Below, piece after piece: positions 46,354 to 58,664 of a stretch of DNA of 64,000 bases. How positions within the stretch are numbered: the first letter of the stretch is position 1; the number at the start of each line of letters is the position of its first letter. Below the pieces are notes generated by a model. The model saw only the letters and a list, made by a program, of their open reading frames with translations, was not told where the DNA came from and did not search any database. The position numbers and the translations under genes are program-made. Source of the DNA: Coniocarpon cinnabarinum (lineage: Eukaryota); contig JAVECO010000104.1 of NCBI GenBank assembly GCA_051942205.1, forward strand, positions 1 to 64,000, written 5' to 3'.

Positions 46354-49033
46354 GCAGCGCCGCTTGATTTGCTCTCGGATGTTTAGCTGAGCTGCACAGC
46401 TTTGGTTAATTGAGAATGATCTCTTTAAGAGCATGGCAGTGGCTGTTGGGCCAAATGCACGGCAAACACATCTTACGCTAGACATGGGCTTCCTTCACCA
46501 CTTTGGCTCATTAGCGGTGACGGGTCTTGTCCGCCATTTTCAAGCAACACCTTGTGTGAGGATCACTCTTCGTTGCATCTGAGCTCTCTCAACTGACCAA
46601 ACAAGGCTCATGGAAGTCTAGTATGAATGCTACGCCACTGCACTAGCACGCATTCAGGCAGTGACGGAGCGTTGAGGGAGAGAGATCTCGCATGTCTGGA
46701 TCTCGTCTCAATATGAAATTGTTTGTTCCTCCTCGCAATATCCAACCACACCAAGGCGCACGTCGAAGGGGAGTACCCCACCAGAGGAGGATCAAGCTCA
46801 TGATAGCTTTCCAAACCGTCGCGCTCTCCCTATTCTTACCGAGCATATTCCAGCAAAGCAGCAACTGCTCTGAGTTGGGTACTTGTTCCATGCCAAAGTG
46901 CACAATCCATGGCTCTCAAGACCGCGGTATCATATACATGGACTGTGAAATTCCAAAGTATCTCTTGATTTGCATTTTCATCGGCACGTAGACACTTGCG
47001 ATGGGCAAAGGAGGGACATCATCATGCGGATCTGTGAACATGACGACCATGTTCTGTCCCTGGATGTGCCGTGTCAGCAATGTGCAGCTCCGGAAAATTA
47101 CGAAGCATCTTGAAACAAGTGCGTACAAAAATTCGGCTACAGCAGAGTGCTGCTCAGGATTCTGGGTTTCAGTTGCAGCACGTAGGCGAGGCGTAGTCAC
47201 TGTTTTCTTGGTGCTGACAACTTGTCGGAATGACCCACTCTCTCGACCGGAATTTTTCGGGCTTCTGGCCCTGCAAATGCAATCAGCCTTAGTTTCTCGA
47301 ATTTTTTCAAACGCTGTGGTACCTGCCAAGTTGGCTTTTCGGGATCTTGAAGACTTCGTGCTTGTTTGCGTCGAATAGCAAGGCCATCATTCAAGTGGAT
47401 GTAGACTTGTTGATAAGGGTGGACGCAATGGCACTTTGCAAAGGTTGCTGATCCGAAGAAGCTCAGCGTGCGCAGTCGCTTCAAATGACGGAGTCCAGTT
47501 CGCAAACAGAAGGCTGACGTATGTCCTTGACAAACGTCGAGGGCCGTGTGTCTTGTCGCAGCGCATAGCCATCCGCATATCACCGGCGGAACTGAAAACC
47601 AAGCCACTGTGCTCAGTGTTTGGCTGGCAGGCAACGACAGACTGAACATCATTACAGTCCAGAACTGATGGCGCAGTGTTTCGTTGCAGAAGATGTTTGG
47701 TTTTCAAACAGTACTCGGCTCTGCAGGTACTCGATTCTGCAGGTTTGCAAGTACGACAGGTCATGCAACTCCCCGCTTCATCTTGGTTTTGATGCTCAGC
47801 CACGCATACTCCGCGCGTCTGCAAGTGACAAATGAGGATGGAGAACGTCAGGACGAAGGTTCAAATGATGAATTTCACTGAAACTTTAAAACAGTCATCC
47901 TCTGACTTGACTGCAAGGCTGGCTCATCCCGAGCACACCCGCAAAATGAAATTTCCCCCGGAGGTTAAGGACGCCACTCGCAACTACTGCAACGCCCATA
48001 CGTCTCTCTCATAGAGGACCCAGTAGCACTGCCGGTTCAACACTGCGCTCAAGAACCCGTGGACAAGTCCCGCTTACGCAGGCAGCTCAACCCCCAGCGG
48101 TGGGGATACTCCGTGAGCCAGCACGGAAACGTGACTCATTCGACGTCCAACGGCAAGCAGACTAGCAACTCTCAAGCTGAATCACGCCCTCCCACACGAC
48201 CTGGGAACTCCTGCGACAATTACAATCTGAGTACACAACTGTAGAGATAGGCGAAAGTCCTTATACCGGATCAAAAGCTGAAGTCTGACGCTTAAGCTCT
48301 TCCACCGCATCAGCTTGTACGCTAGAAAGATATCTGCGAAAGCTCTTTATAACTGTAGACGCTGGATTGGAATGTGGGAAGGCCTCTTCACGAGAGCCTC
48401 GCGGCTTGAGCTTCTTGATGAGCTGATATCAACGACGGAGCAAGAGTACGTTGGCGAAACTTTACCTCTTCTCGTTCGACGCTGGATTGAAAACCGTCCC
48501 AGGCTCTTGTCGTGACCGTTCTATTACGTCTATCCAAGATCTGAAAAATAGACAAGAGCACATGACTATCCATGTTTTGGAAGTCTATTGCGGTTTCGCC
48601 GTTGTACTTGTGGCTTGTTTCTCGTAAATACACTCAGCGTAAGTTTGTTGAATAGATATGCTTTCAATAGGAAGCCGAGTAAGACGAATGACTATAGTGA
48701 GAGAAGTATACAAGTGGAAGTTACAAGTGAAAAGTATTGGATCTTACAATCGTGTCTACGTATTTTACAAGCACTGCTCTGCTCCGTCTCTGGTCTACTC
48801 CACTCATCTCATCTCACCGCCTCGCCTGGCCTCTACGCGACGCTTCTCCTCTACTTCGCATCACGCCTTAAGAGGACCCATCTCTCCTCGATGTAGACGC
48901 AACGTCTTCCTCTCATCAAAGTCAACCCACCCATCTCAAACCTGAGAAACTGTCTGCAACCCCAGTCATACCACAACAACAGCCCACATCAACAGACCTC
49001 CACCCCTTCAGAGCCTAGCTCTCACTCTAACGC

Positions 49034-51457
49034 TCAAGCCCTCCGCTTCGGCATGGCCAAAGCCTCCAATCTTGCCCAACTAAGCTTCTTCGCACTCCCA
49101 GGACTACTCACACTTCCCCGCTCATTGCCCGCCTTGACCGGCGATCCCTTCACAGGACTGCCCTTTCCCTCGCCGTTCCTCGGCGAAAACAGACGCTGCA
49201 TCGCGCTCGCCTTTCCGGGACTCTTCAGACTCATCCGCTTCTCCCGCTCTTTGAGCGACTTTGGCGTCTGTGCATTCCGCGCCTTGCCAGGCGTATTCGT
49301 AGGCGGCGCGGGAGCAAACTTCAATTTCTTACTTGGCGACTCGGTGCCGTTTTCTTTGTCGTCATCATCGTGCTCAGAAGAGGTTGATTTTGCGTCTTTG
49401 GCGCCGAGGTCATTGATGTCGCGTTTCCGCTTTTTGTTGCTCAATCCGTGCTCGATTGATTTGAAACTTGCCTTGTCTGTCTTGGGCGTGTTCAAGATTG
49501 CGGAATGGGTTTTGCGAAGGGGCGTCGGTGTGCCTGGAGAGTTTGTGGCGTTGGTTTGAGCGCGGAATTTGGAAGAGGCGGTTGGGGTTAGGAAGTGCGG
49601 CTGTGAAGATGACTTCTGGAGAGTTTTGGTTGTAGCAGGAGAAGGGGAGCTGAGATGGGGCTGGTTGGATGTGGTAGGTCGACTGGGCTCCGCTGTGGTC
49701 ATAGAAGGCTTGCTGGATGGTTTCGAGGCTGGCGGAGGAGAGGCAAAGGAGATCTGGGAGGCGGGATTGAACGTGAAAGTGAAATCACCCGCTTTGGTTG
49801 GCTCCTCATTTTGCAGCTTTGCAGGAGCGTGGCTCGACGTTTGTGCGGCGTTAAGAGAAGGATAAGACACGGGTGCTGCGATTTCAGTCGCCGTTGTTGA
49901 CGCCGGTTCGTCGACGTCCATATCCTCACCACCCTTGTCCTCTTCAGCCTCGGTAACCCAGCTGACATCGACATCATTTTGTTCAACTTCCCTAATGGTC
50001 TGCGCTTCATCGGCACCAAGCGTCGAGCGTGGTGTCACCGCGGGGCTCAGCTCGATGACTCTCGCCGGCTCGGGTGTGAAATCCACGTGCTTCGGGTTCT
50101 TCCTCTCAGGCGTAGCAGTCTCAGAAGCTGACGGCGCCACATGCGTGCCCGCAGCTTGCTTGAGCGGGTCACTGGAAAATTTCAGCTGAGGCTTGCGGAG
50201 GATCGACTTAAAAGGGAGGAGCTTGGAGACAAATGTTCCACGAGAGGCCCGAGCTGGTGGAGCGGTCTGTGGTAATGCAGGTGTTTTCATTGCTGAAGGG
50301 ACATGCTCTGGTGTGGTAGGGATCAACGACTTGGCCGAGGGTGAGCGGGGAATCTGAGAGGCTTTTATAGGACTGGTCGCAGTCTCGACATGAGAGGATC
50401 CGGGGGCAGCGGCAGCTGCGATGTTAGACTCGAACATAGTTTTACGTCGCTTGGCCGGGCCCTGTTGTGGAGTGCTGTCTTTCGATTCGTTGGGGATGTT
50501 GGTTACCGATCCAGAACCAGTCGATTTGATCGGCGAAGGAATGTTGCTTTTACTGGCAGTACGCTTCAGTTCGTGCGACGCGCCATTGCTTCCCAGATGA
50601 TCCGCAGTCGCGGGTCCCTTCTTGGCGCTCTGGGGTGTGCTCGATGGATCCAGGTCCACCTTTGAATTCGTCCGCTTTAAGCCCTTCGAAGGCGAGGGGA
50701 TTTTAGCAGGGCGGCCAGGATCAGCGCGGAAACTGCTGGCGTGATTTGCAATGCTGTCCATCTTGCGGAACTGATCCAGGTGCACGTCACTGAAGCGACT
50801 AAGCTTCCCTTTGGGATGAGCGACTTTTCTCGTGCCAAACATTGTATCCGCGTTGCCGTCTTCTTCCATCTGCTTGTCACGTTGGAGCGCAAGTTGTAAC
50901 TTGATGCGCGCAGCCTCGTCACGCACGGAATCCATAATTTGCTGTGCTTCAGAGGAGAGCTCGATCGAAGGGCGACGGAAGGTGAATGGGTAGTCATCAG
51001 GCGCAATAGATGTGCGTGCTTTGGTGATCCTCGCAGGCGGTGCACTTTGTGGAGGTTTGGGTATGAATGACTTGGAAGATTGTTGTTTCTCTGGTGTTTG
51101 AGGGCTCGCGGGTGAAGCCACATTCGCTGACTTGCCACCGTATCCAAAATAATGCTCCGATGCTTGCTTTTTGATAGCACTATGGAAGAGGGTTGGGTGC
51201 ATCTCTTCAGCTCCAGGTTTGACAGGTGTTTTTGAAGGGGTTGTCTGCATAGCCGGTGGGGAGGTAATGGCGGCAGTGGCCTTCGCATTGGCCTCATCAC
51301 GCTCACTGAGTGTTTCGAGGGGCTTCGCTTGGATGGATTTGATCGGCGTTTTGACCTACATATCTCAGATTAGTGTCCTCCATCAACATCGTATCTCCCT
51401 GAAGCCTACTTCAGCGCTACGGCGCAGGCGCGACGATCGCCGCCGCGGTGTCGCCAT
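49034..51457 (-). CDS. Basic, SP/TP-rich conserved fungal protein with a NuSAP-like motif
   Basis: MATPRRRSSRL exon, then an intron (~51356-51409) and a 738-aa ORF. Conserved islands RFSDVHLDQFRKMDSIANH, KSILRKP, KHVDF and RLEALAMPKRR. Confidence 0.75.
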
Positions 51458-51902
51458 GATATTTGTTAAATAAGCGAATGAATCCAAAATCTATCCAACA
51501 ATGCCACGTGTAAGAACCATTCATAAGGGAAGATGAATCATGCCGAGACTGTCGTAAATATGTGCGCTAGAGAAATGTGACGTACGTGTTTGTGTTTTGA
51601 TTGTGGCCCGTGCGAGGTTACTATGGACATCAAAGTAGCGCTATCACGTGCTACGTTAGGGGCCCGGATCTTGACAACTTCTGTGCCTTTAAATCTCCTC
51701 TCTGGCATAAGACCCATGGAATCCCATGCTCATTATTAGAAAGTAGCATAAACTTCCGCGGACTCTCTCAGTGCTGTCGTCGTACCAGCAGTCGCTGCTC
51801 CTCCACGCTGGAGAGCGTGCATAAATTGTCTAGGTCCTACATTATCGTTCCAAACCCTTGCTGCAACCGATAAGGACATAATCACAGCCATGTACATCCC
51901 TT

Positions 51903-53735
51903 CTATCTGGGCAATTTGTACCCTCCAACTTTCCTTTGAAACACTTGCAATGGATCGTATTTTCTACTCACATGCTTCAGAAACTCAACATTCTCGGCGC
52001 CATAGCTTTGGATCGGTGACTGGAAACTTGCAGCGTAATTGAGATATTCATACTTATTGTACAGACCTCTGGCCTTTGCTCGTTGCACGGAGCCATTGAT
52101 GAGTGTTTGCGCAGCAGCGTAGACCCTGTCATCATCTCTAGCGGATGCCCAGGATATCGTCAAATCCAAGATGACCAGGTTGCCATCAGATGGGCAAAGG
52201 CCCAGTACGCTCCTGTTGCAACCAAAAGACAGCATCGGCTTCGTCAACGGCTGAAGGACGAAACTGATAGTGACGTTGGATACATCAGTAAGAGGCTGGA
52301 ATGTCTCGTTTGCGAACGCTGTAAGCTCTCTGAATAACTTGAGATCATTTGCAAATGTTGCTGTCGCGAAAATATACCGAAGACCATTGGGTGTGCCGGT
52401 ATTGAGTTCATTACCGAAATCGCTTTGATTTGAGACGCGCAGGCTATTGGCGACCTGTGGCTCGATGCTTGTAAAGTTGTCAAACACCGGTGGATATGGA
52501 TCTGGCTCTGTGTAAGAGTAAAAGTTTGCAATGATCTGTTGAGTGTTGAATGTGACGTATGCAAATATGACCTGGGCGTCAGCTGGAGGATTGTAGATAG
52601 TCCCGGTAGCCTCTGTAAACTTGTATAAGGCTTGTAGTTGTTGATCCAAAGTTGAAGCAGGATACACAATCTGACCGGCCCACAAGTTACCTTGAGGGAA
52701 TGTTCTGACGTCGAAGCGAGTGACGATACCGAAATTTGAGTTACCACCTTGCAAAGCGCGCCAGAGATCTGCATGACTTTCGTTGTTGGCATTGAGGACC
52801 ACGCCAAAAGCCGTCACGACCTGTGCATTTCAGTCAGGAGCTTTTCAAGATTCTAAATGAAAGGATGCCAGGTCTACTTCAAAATTTATCACGTTGTCGC
52901 TAACGAAGCCATACTTCGAGGCGAAGAAAGACTTTCCACCTGTTTTTCACCAGCATTAGGAGAATCAATTCTGTTAAGCGCCACATGGATAAAGCTTACC
53001 CCCAAGAGTCAATCCACCCACTCCAACACTAGATACTCTCCCACCTGACACACTTAACCCTTGGGCATTCAAAGTCTGATAGACGTCGCCCCATCTCGCT
53101 CCTGGCCCCACGGATGCCTGAGTCTTATTGTTGCTGACGTTCACTTGATCCAGCTGCGAGAGGTCGAGTGTAACTCCATCAGGGCCAAAATTAGATGCTA
53201 ACCGCCATTAGCTGATGATGCGAGTTGAATAAGCTCAAGGCTGCATACAATTTGCCCATGGCGTGTGGCCGCCGCTGCGGATAGCGAACTTGCAGTTTTC
53301 AAGGGATAGGACTTGCACGGCCTCTGAAACATCCCGTGTGTTGTTTGGCGTGACTCGGCATGCAGGGTATTGCTCTGACTTATGCACGATAAGCGCACCA
53401 ATCACAGCAAACAACCTTGTGTACATACTTCTGTTGCTGACCAGTACCCTAAAATGCCAGCACCGTTTTGTTCTTGCTGGTACATTTCATCGCTAGGGAA
53501 TGATGTCTGGCTAGGAAGCACACGCTTCAGCAAGGCACACTGCGCTCGTCAACACGTGCAACACCACACATCAACCAGTCCTGGACCCCGTCTGAGCACT
53601 TACGCAAAAAGTCGCATTGCCAAATTTGTCGAAGACACTTTGAGCGTCCTTGGGAATGTCCAGGTCACACGCGGCCCTTGTAAATGAGATACATGACAAT
53701 AACAGAAGCGACACTCGGTTGCAGATACCTTTCAT
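51903..53735 (-). CDS. Secreted FAD-linked oxidoreductase (BBE/VAO family)
   Basis: Signal peptide MKGICNRVSLLLLSC.., FAIRSGGHTPW (covalent FAD His), DLWRALQGGNSNFGIVTRF, YLNYA and KYDP..VFQ. Multi-intron. Confidence 0.88.
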
Positions 53736-54200
53736 GTTGAGTTCATGAAACAATGACTGCCGATGTCGACACCCAGGAGAAAGCAAAGCCCTATTTCAAA
53801 GACGAGCTCATCCCACGTACGAAGCACGATGACGAAAGGCGCCATTGGCGGATCCCTTGCTTCCAGACACATCGCAAAAGGGCCATGGAATGCGATTCTT
53901 GTGTTATGTGTCGTCTCGGCAACATTGAGCGTACCTTGACAGTCAACACAGTTGAGCTCAGGAGACCGACGTACAATGGATAAGAGAAGTTGTTGTCCAT
54001 TGGCACGAATGGTGGACGAGCATGCATTTGGCCGGAGCATCACGCAGCACCGACCGGCTTCATACATTTTGCCATTACACATCTTGCAACTGCACTTATT
54101 TCTAGTCGTACAGGTTCATGGTCAAGTGAGCGCAGCCGTTCGAAGCACTGTTGGTTGAGAAGTCACGTTCTCAAGCTCATTGCGAGGGTCCACGTTCACT

Positions 54201-55413
54201 ATGTCGAACTTCGTTGCACATGACCCAAATCTTACTGTCGGAGATTTTCGTGTAAGTTCTGAAAGGCGCTCACGGCCATGTGCTTGAGTGTTCGTGAAGC
54301 TGAGCTGCGAGTCGCAGGTTGTGATCTGGGTCGAGACGGGTGTTGCTATCCTTTTCGTACTCACGAGGGGCCTGCTACGGCTCCACAGTCGAGAACGCCC
54401 GTCATTTGATGATGCTTTTGTCGTATTTGCATTACTTTGTATGGTGATTTCAAGGTGCGTGCTGTCCACTGAACTCAGACCCAGTAAACCTCTACCATCA
54501 GCTGTGAGTCAAAACATCGGCTGACTTCGCTGGTGAAGCGCATTGTATACGCCAGTCCTACCAGCGGTCTTCCTTCTCAGTGACCTTGAGAAAGGGCGGG
54601 TCAAGCAACCACCGGCTAAATTTATGGCTGAAGAGCGTCGATATTTGAAGTACCAATTTGCAATCATCATTCTCTTCTGGACGACCATCTGGATGGTCAA
54701 GGGGTCTTTTCTGGCATTCTACAAGCAAATATTCTCCGGCCAATTCATTGGATGGCAGCGCGCGGCTTGGTATGTCGCAGCTGGCATGTGCATAGCTACT
54801 TGGGTGAGCAACGTGATCCTGCAATTTTTCGCCTGTGTGCCTTTTAGAACCTATTTCATTATTGGTGAGGTCATCCCCAGAAGCTCCCATGGCTCGAGCT
54901 GACTCTAGTTAAGGTGCCTGCAACAGCAAGCGCAACACCCGAGTTTCCAACGACAGCTTGTACTATGCCACTGCGGCTGATATCTTTACCGATCTTCTGA
55001 GTGAGTTCGGCTTCGGGTATGGTAGTCACACATACTGATACAGCATAGTTATGGCCCTCCCGTTAAGCATACTATGGCAGCTTCGCATGAACAAGAAGAC
55101 AAAGATGGCCTTGGGTTTGCTGTTCTTAGTTGGCTTTGTCATCATCCTGTTTGCCATCTTGCGGTTGGTGTACACCCGGCCAAAGCATGCACATGTGAAT
55201 CCCAAATGGCTTGCCGTTTGGAGTTCGACCGAGTCCTGCATTGCAGTAGGGGTTTCCTGCGCACCTCCGTTCCGCAAATTTCTGGTGAGACGAGGACAAC
55301 AGCAAAGCGCTAGCGCCAAAGTGAGCGGCCCCAGATCCGCAGAGAACTCCAAGCGTACATCAAAAGACCGTGCAAGGTCAGATGTGGAAGAATCGGAATC
55401 AGAGGAGCCGTGA
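54201..55413 (+). CDS. Pth11-like (rhodopsin-domain) integral membrane protein, no CFEM seen
   Basis: Spliced TM segments with DDAFVVFA, WTTIWMVKGSFLAFYKQIF, FACVPF, DIFTDL, LPLSILWQLRM..K and WSSTESCIAV. Confidence 0.85.
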
Positions 55414-56149
55414 TGAGAGGTGATCAATCTTTTATAGGAAAGGACGAAAGAGAGAAACAGCCTTGTGGGAAAGTACTTGCCGCACAATGATTCAGCGTCT
55501 CAGACGATACACAAGGCTTTCGCCGCTTTACTTAGAGCTTTGCGGCCCTGATCATCCTTATCGTATGGGCTCGCTGCCCAGACAGGGAGCCGCAAAGACT
55601 CTTGCCGGTGGCCCTTGGAGGAATCCATGCTCGGGGGTTGCGGTGTAATTGCTGAAAGCCACGGGCTGAGTTTTTATTTTTGAGGTTCGTCTTTCAACAT
55701 GATCCCAAGAATTTAGGAGACTATCTAATTCTGGGCGCGAAGGGACAGCGTGATCCGGTGACGCATTTACTGGCGGCATCGAGGTGCTTGTGCGGAAGGA
55801 AAAGGTGCTTCGCGATGTGAAGAGGCTAAAGATAGGAAGTCCGTGCGCTATGACGTAGACGGGCGCGCGAGCTTCTCTCCTCCAGAAGACGCGTTCAGTC
55901 AAGACAATTTCAGTGGCCCAGTATAGGTACAGTCTTCTGATCAGTGCTGCTAAATCCCGGTGAATTTTCACAAAACGCGACTGGCGTATACGTTCTCCAT
56001 TACTGGTCATCGCCACACTGAGTATTCCGCGCCCGAACATACAGAGCAGCAGCCCGCGGCCCCAGTCAGCCGCAAGCGTGTGCTGCAGTCAATCTTACCT
56101 TCTTCGTCCACGTCGCCTGCTTAATTAAAGCCCCATCCGAGCATGCTCT

Positions 56150-58159
56150 ATGGAACTGCACCGTCCGGAAGAGGGGGAGAATTTCGCAATGTCGTCCGGC
56201 ATCCAGCACACACGTAATGGCTCTGCCACCGAGCTCTTGCATCCCCGAGTTCGACGCCTAAATGCCTCCGAGGTATTAAATGGATCTACGGAAAAGGCAC
56301 AGGCTGCGTCGAACGGCGCGAGTCCTCTGACGGGCTCGATTCCGAGCAGGCAAGGCTGCCTCCATCGCCCACCAGGCTAGAACACCTGCTAATCTGCTCT
56401 ACAGTGGCCGCTCTACGCCCGTAGCAAATGATGCTCCTCCTTCAGCACACGCGACGTCCTCCGCACGAAAAGCCCTGCGCGCACAGCAGAAGAAGCGGTT
56501 GTTTCCGACCGTTGACTATGAAGCGCGGTATTCGCATTTTGATCCTCGCTCCGACTACCGCGACTTCAGGGGCTTCTTCGTCCTCTTCTGGATTGGATTG
56601 GCAATCATGGTCATATCTACGATGCTTCGTAATGTTCGAGAGACTGGGTATCCCTTCGTCTTCAAGCAGCGCCACCTGTTCCTCGAAAATCTTTGGGAGA
56701 TGGGCGCAAGTGACTTCTTCATGACAGCAAGCACCATGCTCTCTCTGCCCTTGCACAGGTTGTACGCTCAAAGCCACGGTGTACTGCGCTTTAGCAGAGG
56801 CGGTGTGTGGATACAGGCAGCATTTCAGGCCATGTGGCTCTCCTACTGGGTTCAATGGCCGTTCCTGCGCCGGTGGACTTGGACTGCCCAGGTCTTTTTC
56901 ACTCTGCATCTGATGGCGCTGTTCATGAAGATGCACTCCTACGCCTTCTACAACGGTCACCTCTCGGAGACCAAGAGGCGTCTGAATCATCTGGACAAAC
57001 CGGCGAAAGATGCCAATACTGCGGCAGCTGTGAAATACCCTACGACAAGTGGCCATGTTCATGAGCTCAAGGCTGACGGGGACGAGAGTGAAGAGCCTTT
57101 TGCACCACGAGAAGAAAGGATTCGTCAGCTCAGAGAAGACCTGGCTGTTGAGTTGACATCGCCGCTGGGAAACGTCACTTACGACCAGAACTTGACCGTA
57201 GCCAACTTTGTGGACTTCCTGCTCTGCCCAACACTATGCTATGAGCTAGAGTTTCCCCGAACCGAGAAAAGAAATTACATGGAGCTCTTCTACAAAACAT
57301 CAGCAACATTTGGTTGCATATTTCTCCTCACGATCACCAGCGAGAATTTCATCATCCCTGTGCTAGACGAATCTGCTGTGAGGTTACAAGAACGGCACTC
57401 ACTGGCTGACGGCGCTTTGATCATGGCTGAAACAACCAGCAAACTGCTATTCCCCTTCATGATCACTTTTCTGCTCGTTTTTCTGGTCATCTTTGAATAC
57501 ATATGTGGAGCATTCGCAGAGATCACTTGTTTTGCCGACAGGCATTTCTGTACGTTTTTGTGTTTACACGCAATTGAAAGCGGATTGCCAGCTAACGAAG
57601 CTGCCAGACGACGACTGGTGGAACAGTTGCGATTGGCTAGAATTTTCGCGCGAGTGGAATGTGCCGGTGAGGCTTTTGACAGTATATGGACAAAGCAGTG
57701 GTTTTTGCTGACCATAGATCTGCAGGTCCACAACTTTTTCCGACGTCACGTATATGCTGCGCTGTCGACGCCACGCTCCGTACTCTTGACAAGTCCTCTC
57801 TCACCCGGTCCTCAGACAACGTCAAAATGGGAACAGCAACAAAAAGCCAAAGCGCCTGTCAGTCGGCCAGTTGCCACATTCATCACCTTTCTCATCTCAG
57901 CTCTCGCTCATGAGCTGATCATGGGTTGTATTACGAAAAAGTTGAGGGGGTATGGCTTTTTCGCAATGATGCTGCAAATGCCAATAGTGCTGGTACAGCG
58001 CAGTCGATGGATCAGGGGCCGGACACTGTTGAACAACATTTTGTTTTGGTGCTCGATGGTACTCGGATTGAGCATGGTATGTCTGAGAAGATTTCATCCC
58101 ACAGCTATGATTACTTGCTAATCACTCCTCAGATGTGTGCACTATATGTTCTGGTATGA
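56150..58159 (+). CDS. Sterol O-acyltransferase (MBOAT; ARE1/ARE2-like)
   Basis: FRGFFVLFW, MKMHSY, PTLCYELEFPR, FADRHFYDDWWN (after splicing), EWNVPVHNF and catalytic HEL. Confidence 0.92.
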
Positions 58160-58664
58160 TGAACCATAGATTTGACATGTCCTCAATTGCATAATAGCAT
58201 TGAACACACGATGCAATATAATACAGCATCCCATGAGTTGCAATTGGCGTTCGGCGTGATACTCATGGCTCTGTGACCGGTAAAAGTGTCATCATACAGG
58301 CTTGTTGCCCAGACTGAGATACGGCAGCGACTTGTGACCCCTGCTGCCATCCATGAATATTTAGGTACCTCCAGTGGTGAGACGACACGGATGGACGTCC
58401 AGTGCTCACTATTCCCCACCCTGCCCTCGATTAGTGCCCTGTTTCACCCCACGTCATCTAGCGATGGAAACGGACGTGACTCGGCGTCGACCTGCGCCAG
58501 CTGAGGTTCTTCACCTTGGACTCGAGGCTCATCCAGATCGACATGAAATACGCAATCGCTGGTCGATTGTATCCCTCCAATTTGCTTTGTATATCGATTA
58601 TCTAGTGTCGTATGATCAGTCTTGAATCCGAGTATCTCAACCTCTTTCCCCCATTTGATCCGTC

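Noticed and set aside
40700..48700. Complete Starship element
   Set aside because: No DUF3435 tyrosine recombinase or element boundaries are recognisable. Only the patatin gene is suggestive.
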